From Patescibacteria group bacterium (lineage in GTDB: Bacteria; Patescibacteriota; Minisyncoccia; Phycocordibacterales; Phycocordibacteraceae), in the NCBI GenBank assembly GCA_024653825.1, contig JANLHF010000003.1:1-42916 (forward strand): a DNA stretch of 42,916 nucleotides, given 5' to 3'. Below, piece after piece: positions 8,110 to 17,685 of the stretch (positions are counted from its first letter, which is position 1; each line of letters opens with the position of its first letter). The notes under the pieces are model-generated. The model saw only the letters and a list, made by a program, of their open reading frames with translations. It was not told the origin of the DNA and made no database searches. Both the position numbers and the translations under genes were made by a program.

Positions 8110-9180
8110 ATGCGCCTTGTTATTGCCACTCCTTTGTATCCGCCGGAAATCGGCGGGCCGGCGACGTATGTGCGGTTGCTTGAAGAAGGATTGCCGAAAA
8201 AGGGTATTGAAGTAACGGTGGTGAAATTTAGCGACGTGCGGCACTTGCCGAAATTCATTCGTCATTATGCCTACTATCGTCATGTGCTCGCGGCAGCGTA
8301 CGATGCAGACGTGGTACTCGCACTTGATCCGGTCTCGGTTGGATTCCCAGCGATGAAGGCGGCGCAGAAAGCGGGGAAGCCGTTTGTGGTGAAAATTGTC
8401 GGCGATTACGCGTGGGAGCAGGGGCAACAACGGTTTGGTGTCACGCAGAGTTTAGATGAATTCGTGAAGACGGAGAACGTTTCCTTTTTTGTACGTGTGT
8501 TCAGAAGGATTCAAACGCGCGTGGCGCGAAGCGCTACGCGCGTCATCGTCCCGAGCGAGTACCTGAAAGGCATCGTGGAATCGTGGAGGTCGCCTTCGCA
8601 GGGCTTCGGCGGACCAAGTATTTCACAGAAAAAGATAACGGTTATCTACAACGCCGTTACTCCCGAGGCAATCGGGACAGTGCCGAAAATGGTGCAGGAC
8701 TTGCCACGGCCGCTGGTGGTTTCCGTGGGCCGGCTCGTGCCGTGGAAGGGCTTTGACGGCCTTATACGGGCCGTAGAGGCCATCGGAGCCTCACTGGTAA
8801 TCGTCGGGGACGGCCCCGAACGGGAGGCTCTTGCGAAGTTTCTGGGCAATCATATGGTGCTCACAGGGTCGCTTTCTCATGCCGACACGCTCGCCATGAT
8901 GAAAAGCGCGGACGTGTTTGCACTCAACTCGTCGTACGAAGGATTGTCGCACGTACTAGTGGAAGCCCTCGCGCTCGGTGTGCCAATTGTGGCAACGGAT
9001 GCGGGAGGCAATCGGGAAATCATTGAAGACGGAGTGTCAGGAACACTGGTGCCGGTCGGTGATATGGACGCGCTTGTGCGCGCACTGCAATCTCCGAAAT
9101 TGTCTGCGCATGGTGCCGCGTCTCGCTTCACGAAAGAACGGATGCTTGAGGCGACGACGACTCTTCTCAAAACTATATGA
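8110..9180 (+). CDS. Glycosyltransferase family 4
   Basis: YPPEIGGPATY; GRLVPWKG; SSYEGLSHVLVEALA. Confidence 0.9.
   Translation: MRLVIATPLYPPEIGGPATYVRLLEEGLPKKGIEVTVVKFSDVRHLPKFIRHYAYYRHVLAAAYDADVVLALDPVSVGFPAMKAAQKAGKPFVVKIVGDYAWEQGQQRFGVTQSLDEFVKTENVSFFVRVFRRIQTRVARSATRVIVPSEYLKGIVESWRSPSQGFGGPSISQKKITVIYNAVTPEAIGTVPKMVQDLPRPLVVSVGRLVPWKGFDGLIRAVEAIGASLVIVGDGPEREALAKFLGNHMVLTGSLSHADTLAMMKSADVFALNSSYEGLSHVLVEALALGVPIVATDAGGNREIIEDGVSGTLVPVGDMDALVRALQSPKLSAHGAASRFTKERMLEATTTLLKTI
8588..8615. repeat. Short palindromic element inside the GT4 gene
   Basis: GGTCGCC-TTCGCAGGGCTTC-GGCG(G)ACC; shares the CTTCGC..AGGCTnCG core with 4355-4370; encodes RSPSQGFGG. Confidence 0.6.
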
Positions 9181-10502
9181 AAGTCCTCATGATTAGCGGT
9201 GATCGGTATCTCCTTGAAGCGGGGACGGAAGCGCACGCACGCCTTGTACTGCAAAGAGCACAGGTAGAGCAACTTGATGTCTTCGTCTGGCCACAGGTAC
9301 ATTCGCGAAGTGAGATTATGCGCGCGGCGCGCGCGACCGCGTACGACGTGGTGACCGCACAGGACCCGTTCTGGCGCGGGCTTGTCGCGCGCCGTGCCGC
9401 GCGCGTTGCCGGCGCGAGGCTGAATCTGCAGGTGCACACTGATCTCTCGGCGCAACCGTTGTTTCGTCGGCTTCTCGCACGTTTCCTCTTGCGCCGCGCC
9501 GACTCAGTGCGCGTCGTGTCGGAGCGCGTACGCGCACAGGTGCAGGCGCTCGGTGTTACGGCTCCGATACACGTACTGCCGGTATATGTTGACGTGAGCC
9601 GGTTTGAAAAGGTAGTGCGCGAACCGCATACACAGAAAACGATATTGTGGGTAGGACGATTTGAAAAAGAAAAGGACCCGCTTCGCGCCGTGTCGGTGTT
9701 GAAAGAAGTTCGCACAACGGGCGTTGATGCTAAGCTCGTGATGCTTGGTTCAGGAATGTTGGAATCAGAGTTACGACAACAGTCGGCGGGATTGTCGGTA
9801 GAATTTCCCGGGTGGCAAGACACGGTGCGGTATCTGCCGACGGCTGACCTTGTGCTGTGCACATCACTTCACGAGAGTTGGGGAGCGAGTATCGTAGAGG
9901 CGCTCGCGGCGGGTGTGCCGGTGGTTGCACCTGATGTCGGCATCGCCAAAGAGGCGGGAGCCACCATCGCTTCGCGCGCTGAGCTTACGGGTAAGGTCAT
10001 TGAAACGCTACGCGCTGGTCAGCGAGGAGAACTCAAACTTTTCATACCAAGCGCGGAAGAATGGGCGGAACGTTGGCTGGGAACGCTCATAAACAATAAG
10101 GAAGAACCTGTCTTAAATGCACTGCGCGTACGTATTCCGAGGCCGGTACGGTACATCGTTTCTGGTGGTACCGCCGCTGTCGTTAATATAGGAATACTTT
10201 TTGTTTTGACGCATTTTGCGGGGATTTGGTATCTTGCCTCGTCGGTAATCGCTTTCCTTGTCGCCTTTTTTGTCAGTTTTATCCTTCAGCGGACGTGGAC
10301 ATTTGACCAACGGACGACCGACGGGCTCGCGCGCCACACGTCGCTGTATTTCATCGTCACGACGGTCAACACGTTTGTGAATACGGCGCTTGTGTTCAGT
10401 TTTGTGGAATACGCACACATCTGGTATATCGCAGCGCAGGTTATTGCTGGGGCACTCATCGCGTTCGCTAGCTTTTTCATATATCGGAAAATCTTCGTAT
10501 GA
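9177..10502 (+). CDS. GT4 glycosyltransferase fused to a C-terminal GtrA-like (4-TM) domain
   Basis: GRFEKEKD, SLHESWGASIVEALAAG; then RYIVSGGTAAVVNIGILFVL...FILQRTWTF...SFFIYRKIF, typical of GtrA. Confidence 0.85.
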   Translation: MKVLMISGDRYLLEAGTEAHARLVLQRAQVEQLDVFVWPQVHSRSEIMRAARATAYDVVTAQDPFWRGLVARRAARVAGARLNLQVHTDLSAQPLFRRLLARFLLRRADSVRVVSERVRAQVQALGVTAPIHVLPVYVDVSRFEKVVREPHTQKTILWVGRFEKEKDPLRAVSVLKEVRTTGVDAKLVMLGSGMLESELRQQSAGLSVEFPGWQDTVRYLPTADLVLCTSLHESWGASIVEALAAGVPVVAPDVGIAKEAGATIASRAELTGKVIETLRAGQRGELKLFIPSAEEWAERWLGTLINNKEEPVLNALRVRIPRPVRYIVSGGTAAVVNIGILFVLTHFAGIWYLASSVIAFLVAFFVSFILQRTWTFDQRTTDGLARHTSLYFIVTTVNTFVNTALVFSFVEYAHIWYIAAQVIAGALIAFASFFIYRKIFV

Positions 10503-11500
10503 AGCTTCTTATCGTGACGCAGGCCGTTGATACCGAAGACCCGGTCCTTGGTTTTTTCGTTCGTTGGATAGAAGAGTTAGCGAAGCACAGTGAACGTGTG
10601 GAAGTCATATGCCTTAAAGAAGGAAAGTATTCGCTTCCCGAGAATGTGCGGGTGCATTCGCTTGGGAAACCGGCGTCGCGATTTCGCTATGTTTCGAATT
10701 TCTACAAGTACATATTCTCACGTAACTACGACGCCGTGTTTGTGCATATGAATCAGGAATATGTGTTGCTCGGGGGCTGGTTCTGGCGTCTCGTGGGCAA
10801 AAAAGTATTCCTGTGGCGCAACCACAAAATGGGTTCATGGCTCACACGACTGGCGGTCCTTTTCTCGCATACCGTTTTCTATACGTCACGACAATCGTTT
10901 ACGGCACCGTTTAAGAATGCGCACAAAATGCCGGTCGGTATAGACACCGACTTTTATAAACCGAATGCGCTCGTTCCTAAAAAACCCAATTCGATACTCT
11001 TTTTGGGGCGAATCGCGCCGGTTAAAAATATTGACATCTTTATTGACGCGCTTAATGAGTTGCAAAAGCTCGGAGTTGAGTTTACGGCTAGTGTTGCCGG
11101 CAGTGCTTTGAGCAAAGATAGTGGATATGAGAAAGCGGTTCGGAATAAAGTATCTGACTATGGTTTAACGAGCAAGGTTCAGTTTGTCGGCCCAGTGACG
11201 CAGGACGAAGCACTCAAGTTATACCGAGAGCACCGACTCTATGTGAACCTCACTCCTTCCGGTAGTATGGACAAAACCATATTTGAGGCAATGGCTTGTG
11301 GTGTTACCCCGCTCGTTTATAATGATGACTTAAGGAGTACCTTGGGGGATGGATGTCTAGTGAAGAATCTCAGAGCACAAGATATTGCAGGAGATATTAA
11401 GAAAATACTGTCTGGAGAGTGCCGAAATTTTAGGAACCAAGTGATTGAAAACCATAGTCTGAGGCTTTTGGCAGAGAAACTTTCCGATGAATTAATATGA
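10499..11500 (+). CDS. Glycosyltransferase family 4
   Basis: GRIAPVKN; GSMDKTIFEAMACG; ATGA-coupled in operon. Confidence 0.88.
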   Translation: MKLLIVTQAVDTEDPVLGFFVRWIEELAKHSERVEVICLKEGKYSLPENVRVHSLGKPASRFRYVSNFYKYIFSRNYDAVFVHMNQEYVLLGGWFWRLVGKKVFLWRNHKMGSWLTRLAVLFSHTVFYTSRQSFTAPFKNAHKMPVGIDTDFYKPNALVPKKPNSILFLGRIAPVKNIDIFIDALNELQKLGVEFTASVAGSALSKDSGYEKAVRNKVSDYGLTSKVQFVGPVTQDEALKLYREHRLYVNLTPSGSMDKTIFEAMACGVTPLVYNDDLRSTLGDGCLVKNLRAQDIAGDIKKILSGECRNFRNQVIENHSLRLLAEKLSDELI

Positions 11501-12213
11501 AAAATATTCTATTTAACGTAATGATAGCGTGTCATCGTTTAGTTAAAGGACTTGCCAACAGGATCCTCGATAAAGAGTTTATTCGGCCGAGAAATTTCTC
11601 TAATGCCATGCTACGAAAGTATTCAAAATACTTTTCCGGTGCGGTGATCAATGTGTCCGGGTGGAAGGACAGTGATGGTGAAGGAGGATGGTATAGAGAT
11701 TATTTTAATACCATCTCCCAGTACGTCGTCTCAAATGTTGGTGGTCAAGGAAAAGGATTAGGATCGGCGGGCACTGACTATCAAGAGATAGAAATCGATC
11801 TGACAAAAGAAATTCCCCCTGATTTAAGGAACCATTTTGACGTCGTGTTCAATCACACCACCTTGGAACATGTGTACGAGTGCCAGATTGCTTTTAAACA
11901 CCTCTGTCAATTAAGTAAGGATATCGTTATTGTCGTGGTGCCTGTTATGCAACAAATTCACAATACGGCCGATTTTGGAGATTATTGGCGTCCGACAACA
12001 ATGACCATCGCCAAATTATTTTTGGACAACGGATTCAAACCGCTGGTCATCAAATGTAACGATCAACCTTTTGCTCCAGTATATTGTTTTGCCATCGGCT
12101 CTAGGAAGCCTGAAGTATATACAGACATATTTCCTGAGGAAATTGATTTTCAGATGGGAGCATATAGTTACGGCTCAAGTATCAAAAAAGAATATATTCG
12201 CGACCTCTTATGA
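11497..12213 (+). CDS. Methyltransferase-like protein with degenerate motif I
   Basis: DLTKEIP..HFDVVFNHTTLEHVY..DYWR resemble class I SAM MTase motifs; VINVSG replaces the LDxGxG motif. Confidence 0.55.
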   Translation: MKNILFNVMIACHRLVKGLANRILDKEFIRPRNFSNAMLRKYSKYFSGAVINVSGWKDSDGEGGWYRDYFNTISQYVVSNVGGQGKGLGSAGTDYQEIEIDLTKEIPPDLRNHFDVVFNHTTLEHVYECQIAFKHLCQLSKDIVIVVVPVMQQIHNTADFGDYWRPTTMTIAKLFLDNGFKPLVIKCNDQPFAPVYCFAIGSRKPEVYTDIFPEEIDFQMGAYSYGSSIKKEYIRDLL

Positions 12214-13256
12214 AAATTTGTTACGTAAATTTTAATTTTAAGTGTCCTCGTGACCACATTACGTTACAGGGCCTACGAGAAAATGGGATTACGGTCAAAG
12301 AAATTGTAGACGATACGCCGGGCTGGAGAAAATATCTAAATATCGCGCGAGAATATCGTGCATGTCGGCGCGAGTGCGATCTGGTTATGGTTGGTTTTGC
12401 GGGCAGTATCCTTGTTATCTTTATGAGACTGCTGACCCGAAAAAAGATAGTCTATAACGCATTGTCCTCATTCTATGACAGTATGATCGTCTCCCGGCAG
12501 GGGGGCAAGATTTTTTCTTTTTCAGCAGCAAGGCATTACCTTATTGATTATCTCGCGTTTCGTCTCGCAGACCGTTCTTTTATTGAGTGTCAGACCCAGA
12601 AGGATCTGATAGTCAGAATTTTTGGCGTCAATCCACGCACACTCTCGGTTCACTTCGTCGGTTCCGACGACCGACAATTTTATTTTAATTCCGCTATTCC
12701 GAAACGAGATCAATTCACCGTTATTTTCCGCGGTGCTTTTTTGCCTGAGGCCGGAGTAGATGTCGTTGTCCGTGCCGCCAAAGAATTAGAGAACGAAGAT
12801 ATCACAGTGAGAATTATAGGGCGTGGATTGCTCCAAAAGGAGATTGCGGCCCTGATACAAGAACTCAAGCCGACCAACGTTGAGTTTACTACGGCGATGC
12901 TCCCGATGGACGAACTACGAAAAAAGATGTTGGAGTGTCACCTCTCTCTCGGACAGCTCGCGAATCATCCACGGGTGCACACGACCATCCCGCATAAAGC
13001 GTTTGACAGTATTGCGATGAAACTCCCGTATCTTACCGGAGAAAATAGGGGGGTGATGGAAATACTCGAAGACGGCGAAACCTGCTTCACAGTCCCGCCG
13101 GGCGATTCTCACGCGCTGGCCCGCAAGATTATTGAACTGCGAGACCGCCCGCAAGAACTTGAACGAGTGGCGGAGAATGCGTATCAGTTATACCAGCGAG
13201 AATTTACGCCAAAGATCTTGGCCAGGAAAATGATTGAGGAAATAAAAGATATATGA
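12210..13256 (+). CDS. Glycosyltransferase family 4-like
   Basis: FRGAFLPEAGVD; IPHKAFDSIAMKLP; VPPGDSHALA. Confidence 0.85.
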   Translation: MKICYVNFNFKCPRDHITLQGLRENGITVKEIVDDTPGWRKYLNIAREYRACRRECDLVMVGFAGSILVIFMRLLTRKKIVYNALSSFYDSMIVSRQGGKIFSFSAARHYLIDYLAFRLADRSFIECQTQKDLIVRIFGVNPRTLSVHFVGSDDRQFYFNSAIPKRDQFTVIFRGAFLPEAGVDVVVRAAKELENEDITVRIIGRGLLQKEIAALIQELKPTNVEFTTAMLPMDELRKKMLECHLSLGQLANHPRVHTTIPHKAFDSIAMKLPYLTGENRGVMEILEDGETCFTVPPGDSHALARKIIELRDRPQELERVAENAYQLYQREFTPKILARKMIEEIKDI

Positions 13257-14320
13257 AGTCTGTCCTATTTATCTTTGCCGGCGATCGGAAGAGCAAATTT
13301 CGTGGGGTGCCTGGCGTCGATTTCCCCGATACAGCCCTGTATGGGCTGAATCATCTTGTTCAGTACGGGTTTGCAACTGCAGCTCTTGAACCGGCAGACG
13401 TGTTTGCCAGTGAGCGACTGCGTCGATGGGTGCCGTATCGTCTGAAACATTTCATACTTTTTTTCAAAACGCTTCGCCACGACATTGTATTCGGTCCATC
13501 TCTCTTGTACTTGATGCTGGCAAAAAAGGTGTGGAAGACTCGTACAAAATTTGTACTACTGAACATTGAGTTGACGCGGATGCTCAACGCGAACAAGAAC
13601 AATAGGGTGAAATTACGCTTCATCGTCTGGCTTCTGAAAGAGTTGGACGGCATTGTGTGCCTAACGCAATTCCAAAAAAAGTATCTGGAAGAAACGTTTC
13701 CTTTTTTGAGAGGGAAGTGTTTTTTTGTCCCTTTGGGTGTAGATGTGAAGTACTACCTCCCGACCTACGAAAACAGAAGCGCCTACCTCCTGTCGGCGGG
13801 GCGGGATATGGGACGAGACTACGCGACCGTGATAGACACTGCTCGTCGTATGCCGGAACGTGAGTTTCATATCGTGTGTAGTCAGAGAAATTTGAAGGGC
13901 ATACACGATGTACCCCCCAATGTCAGGATCTTCATTGATTTGCCGTTTGCAGAACTGCATAAAAAATATCAAGAAGCGGAGTTACTTCTGCTTCTTACAC
14001 ACAATGACTCCTTTCAGGGTGGCGCCGACTGCTCTGGGCAGACCGTTTTATTGGACGCTATGGCGAACGGCCTGCCGGTTGTCGCGAGCCGAAAGAAGTA
14101 TGTGGAAGAGTATGTTACAGACGGGAAGGAAGCAGTACTTGTAGACTGTTATGACCCCGCAAAAGCACGCATTGCCATTGAGTCTCTTCGTGCGGTAGAC
14201 TTACGAAAAGAAATGGCTCTACGGGCGCGGACGCGCGTCGAGAGGGAATTTTCAACCGAGAAGATGGCCGAGCGGTTAGCTACAGTATTTACCCGCCTAT
14301 CAGAACATAACTATGGATAA
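13253..14320 (+). CDS. Glycosyltransferase family 4
   Basis: SAGRDMGRDY; SGQTVLLDAMANGLPVV. Confidence 0.88.
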   Translation: MKSVLFIFAGDRKSKFRGVPGVDFPDTALYGLNHLVQYGFATAALEPADVFASERLRRWVPYRLKHFILFFKTLRHDIVFGPSLLYLMLAKKVWKTRTKFVLLNIELTRMLNANKNNRVKLRFIVWLLKELDGIVCLTQFQKKYLEETFPFLRGKCFFVPLGVDVKYYLPTYENRSAYLLSAGRDMGRDYATVIDTARRMPEREFHIVCSQRNLKGIHDVPPNVRIFIDLPFAELHKKYQEAELLLLLTHNDSFQGGADCSGQTVLLDAMANGLPVVASRKKYVEEYVTDGKEAVLVDCYDPAKARIAIESLRAVDLRKEMALRARTRVEREFSTEKMAERLATVFTRLSEHNYG

Positions 14321-14879
14321 CCTGCTTGCTATCATAGGATCGAACATAAAAAATAAGTCCGCTCTCCTAGAACTCGGCTGCGGTTCCGGCGCGCTCAGCA
14401 ATGCGATTGCGGAGAAGTTTGATAGTCTGCAGACCATTGTTGCCGTTGATTTTTTTAACGAACCCGAGGCTCTGAATAAAAAAATTCAGTTTATAAAACA
14501 GGACCTTGAAGCCCTGAATCTAGAGGGGCGTTTTGACCTCATTGTCTTAAACCAAGTATTGGAACACATTAAAAATCCGCTCGGTTTGCTCGTAGCGCTT
14601 AAAAAAAATCTCAATCCACACGGGCGCATTCTTATTGTGGTCCCGAATCGCCGTGGTTTCAACAACGAGGCGAGAGTCTACTTGCCGGAACACGGAAGGC
14701 ACTATTTTCTCTGGGATAGGGAAAGTCTGGAATTCAGTCTCAACCGGATAGGCTTTACGTGCCGGTTCTACAATCTGTATACCGCCGCGAGCCACACTCT
14801 TTTTTTGCGCTACTTGCCTACCCTGCTTCGGATACAGAATCCCAATCTGCCCTGCATCGCGATGGTCGACGACATATGA
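14313..14879 (+). CDS. Class I SAM-dependent methyltransferase
   Basis: LLELGCGSG; FDLIVLNQVLEHIKNP; HGRHYFLW. Confidence 0.88.
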   Translation: MDNLLAIIGSNIKNKSALLELGCGSGALSNAIAEKFDSLQTIVAVDFFNEPEALNKKIQFIKQDLEALNLEGRFDLIVLNQVLEHIKNPLGLLVALKKNLNPHGRILIVVPNRRGFNNEARVYLPEHGRHYFLWDRESLEFSLNRIGFTCRFYNLYTAASHTLFLRYLPTLLRIQNPNLPCIAMVDDI

Positions 14880-15970
14880 AGGTACTCTATTTCGCAAACA
14901 TACGTTTCCCGACGGAACGCGCTCACGGGGTGCAAATAGCAAAAATGTGCGAAGCGTTTTCGGATGCAGGTGCGTCGGTGACACTGGTCGTTCCCAATAG
15001 GGCAGTAACAATCGATGGCGATCCGTATGAGTACTACGGCGTCAAAACCAACTTTAACATCATCAAGATTGGGAAACGTGAAGATCCTCAATCCAACCTC
15101 GGGTACTGGATATCCTATGTGAAATTCGCCTTGCGCCTTTCCGCATACTGCTCAAAAAATAAGGCGGACGTGTATTACAGCCGTGATGAATCAATCGTAT
15201 TCATCCTCTCGCTGTTTGGTGTCGGGGTGGTGTGGGAAGCGCATGGGTGGAAGGGCGGTGCACTCGTTGGTTATTTCTTGCGCACCATAAAAAAGATCGT
15301 CGTCATCACAAGTATTGCTAAAAGGCAGTTTGTTGAAGGCGGCGTTTCAGAGCAGAAAATTATCGTTGCGCCGGACGGCGTCGACTCATCGCTCATAGAT
15401 GCGCGCGTAGACAAGATTTTCGCTCGCAAAAAGCTTGGTCTGCCGGCAGAAGGGAAGCTCGCGTTTTATGTTGGCTCGTTGAGCGAATGGAAGGGATTTC
15501 AGACGCTACTACAATGCGCTGACACGCTCGCCAAAAAGCAGATTACCGTGGTTCTTGTCGGCGGCATTGTGGAAAAACTGAAAAAAGAATTTCCCAACGT
15601 CATCTTTCTTGACTTCATTCCGTATAAAGAATTAGCGACCGTGCAGGCGGCTGCCGATGTGTTGGTCATACCGAATTCTGCAAAATCGGTCGTGTCGACG
15701 GACTACACATCGCCCTTGAAACTGTTCGCGCATATGGCTTCTGACCGTCCGATTGTCGCTTCCCGTCTGCCGTCCCTGCGCGAAGTGCTTGATGAAGAGA
15801 CCGCATATTTTTTTGCTCCGGACAATCCGAAGAGTTTGGCGGAAACTATTATATACGCATTGGCCCATACGGAGGAATCAAATGAGAAAGCGCGGAAGGC
15901 TCTCGCGAAAGTGAGGGAGTATACGTGGGACGAACGGGCCCGCAAGATACTGGCATTCATAGGAGAGTGA
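14876..15970 (+). CDS. Glycosyltransferase family 4 (start at ATG 14876, not 14759)
   Basis: MKVLYFANIRFPTERAHGVQ; YVGSLSEWKG; YTSPLKLFAHMAS; ATGA overlap with upstream stop. Confidence 0.9.
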   Translation: MKVLYFANIRFPTERAHGVQIAKMCEAFSDAGASVTLVVPNRAVTIDGDPYEYYGVKTNFNIIKIGKREDPQSNLGYWISYVKFALRLSAYCSKNKADVYYSRDESIVFILSLFGVGVVWEAHGWKGGALVGYFLRTIKKIVVITSIAKRQFVEGGVSEQKIIVAPDGVDSSLIDARVDKIFARKKLGLPAEGKLAFYVGSLSEWKGFQTLLQCADTLAKKQITVVLVGGIVEKLKKEFPNVIFLDFIPYKELATVQAAADVLVIPNSAKSVVSTDYTSPLKLFAHMASDRPIVASRLPSLREVLDEETAYFFAPDNPKSLAETIIYALAHTEESNEKARKALAKVREYTWDERARKILAFIGE

Positions 15971-15978
15971 GTAACGAA

Positions 15979-16007
15979 TTGACAAATTAGAAAATAAAGT
16001 TCAGAAT
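15979..16007 (+). promoter_or_regulatory. sigma70-type promoter for the radical SAM gene
   Basis: TTGACA (15979-84), 17-bp spacer, CAGAAT (16002-07); GAGGAG SD before ATG 16075. Confidence 0.55.
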
Positions 16008-16074
16008 CACATCAGAGCGTTTGAAATATAACGCACACAAGCCCTTTTGATTAATTTCCAGTGAGGAGAATTCG

Positions 16075-17604
16075 ATGGAACCCAAAGTACTTCTTGTGTA
16101 TCCGCCGAATCAACTGATGCCGGTGGAATTGCCCCGGCCAGACGGTTCGCTCGGGCCACTATATCTTGCAGGGGCTCTTGAACGGGCCGGGATTGAGGTA
16201 GATGTTCTCGATGCCTCTGTAGGCACGCCGGACGACAGTCTCGAAACGACCTTCAACAATCGTGTCCTGCAATCAAATGGACTGATCCGCATCGGTATGA
16301 CGGCAGAACGGATAAGCGAAGTCATTTCCAACGGCGGCTATAATGTCGTCGGGGTTAACTCCAACTTCACTCCGCAGACGAAAATGGCTCTTGAAGTTGC
16401 CCGTTTGGCCAAGGGCGTCTCAGAGGACATTCTGGTTGTGGCGGGTGGCGTCAATGCTCGTGCCCTGCCGGGGAGGTTTCTTGCCGGTGGTGTGGACGTC
16501 GTTTGTGCTACCGAAGGGGAGCGAATCATCGTTGAGCTTGCCCGAAGATTGGAAGAGGGGAGAAATCTCGAAGTTTCCGGAACAATCACCACAAAGAGGG
16601 GAATAGTCGTAAGACACCCACTCCGCGCCGGCGATACGGTGACCAATCTTGATGAACTACCTTTCCCTACATGGCAGAAACTCCCGTTCGAACAGTATGA
16701 CGGCATCGCATCGGCCGGACGGGATTCGCTCAAACAAAACGAACGGTCGGCTTCTCTCATGACCTCACGCGGATGTCCCTTCAGGTGCGCCTACTGCCAT
16801 ATCTCTATGGAAAAACAGAATGAAAAAGAGAGTGGCGGCATTGGAGCACTGAGGACCAAGTCTGTCAGTCGCGTGATGGAAGAAGTGAAATGCCTCAAGG
16901 CGCTGGGCGTCAAGAAGATCTACTTTGAGGACGACAGCTTGCTCGCGCACAAGTCCCGAGTGAAGGAGATTTTCACTAAGGTGACGGGTATGGGTATGAA
17001 GATTGCTGACGTCAACGGAGTCAATCTCACGCATTTCCTGAAAGGTGGACCGGGAGGGAAACCGATGATTGACGTGGAGTATCTCGAACTGCTTGCTTCA
17101 GCCGGATTTGATCAAATTGTCTTTCCGGTGGAATCGGCATCCCAACGCATTCTCAACAAGTATGCGACCGGGAAACTCAACCATGCCAAACTTGATGTTG
17201 TGGAGCTGGTAAAGTTGGCGGTGCGGATAGGAATCACCTGCCCCGTTAACATGATGATTGGCTTCCCCGATGAAACAGAGGAAGAAATTCTTTCATCGAT
17301 TGAGCTTGGTCGTCGGCTGGTTGATGCGGGCGCGCCTTACTGCTCGCTCTACGTCCCTATTCCATTCCCGGGAAGCCAGCTTCACGAGATTGCCTTGCAT
17401 GACGGATACCTTGCGTCGAATTTCGACACGGACGCCTTCAACTGGCGAAAACCAACCATGCGAGATACGACCGTCTCTCCGGAAAGGATTGAAGAACTAC
17501 AGCAATGGGGCTGGAGAGATATCAATCCGAAGGAGTACGTCCGTAAGAGACTCGAGATGGACATCGGCAGGCGGTGGAAGAGCGGCGAGCCGGAAGTTGC
17601 CTGA
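16075..17604 (+). CDS. Cobalamin-binding radical SAM enzyme (class B methylase-like)
   Basis: N-terminal B12-binding-type domain (SLGPLYLAGAL..VDVLDA, VAGGVNA); TSRGCPFRCAYC (CxxxCxxC); YFEDD, ESASQRIL, MIGFPDET, PFPGSQL. Confidence 0.9.
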   Translation: MEPKVLLVYPPNQLMPVELPRPDGSLGPLYLAGALERAGIEVDVLDASVGTPDDSLETTFNNRVLQSNGLIRIGMTAERISEVISNGGYNVVGVNSNFTPQTKMALEVARLAKGVSEDILVVAGGVNARALPGRFLAGGVDVVCATEGERIIVELARRLEEGRNLEVSGTITTKRGIVVRHPLRAGDTVTNLDELPFPTWQKLPFEQYDGIASAGRDSLKQNERSASLMTSRGCPFRCAYCHISMEKQNEKESGGIGALRTKSVSRVMEEVKCLKALGVKKIYFEDDSLLAHKSRVKEIFTKVTGMGMKIADVNGVNLTHFLKGGPGGKPMIDVEYLELLASAGFDQIVFPVESASQRILNKYATGKLNHAKLDVVELVKLAVRIGITCPVNMMIGFPDETEEEILSSIELGRRLVDAGAPYCSLYVPIPFPGSQLHEIALHDGYLASNFDTDAFNWRKPTMRDTTVSPERIEELQQWGWRDINPKEYVRKRLEMDIGRRWKSGEPEVA

Positions 17605-17618
17605 AATTGTCTGACATG

Positions 17619-17649
17619 GGGCCGACGCGTGCGTCGGCCTTTTCTTTTT
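17619..17649 (+). terminator. Intrinsic terminator
   Basis: GGCCGACG-CGTG-CGTCGGCC followed by TTTTTCTTTTT. Confidence 0.85.
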
Positions 17650-17685
17650 CTCTTTCTTGTTTTATAATTGTTAACATCGGCCATT

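Noticed and set aside
14759-14875. Upstream start for the GT4
   Set aside because: Overlaps the methyltransferase; ATGA coupling supports 14876
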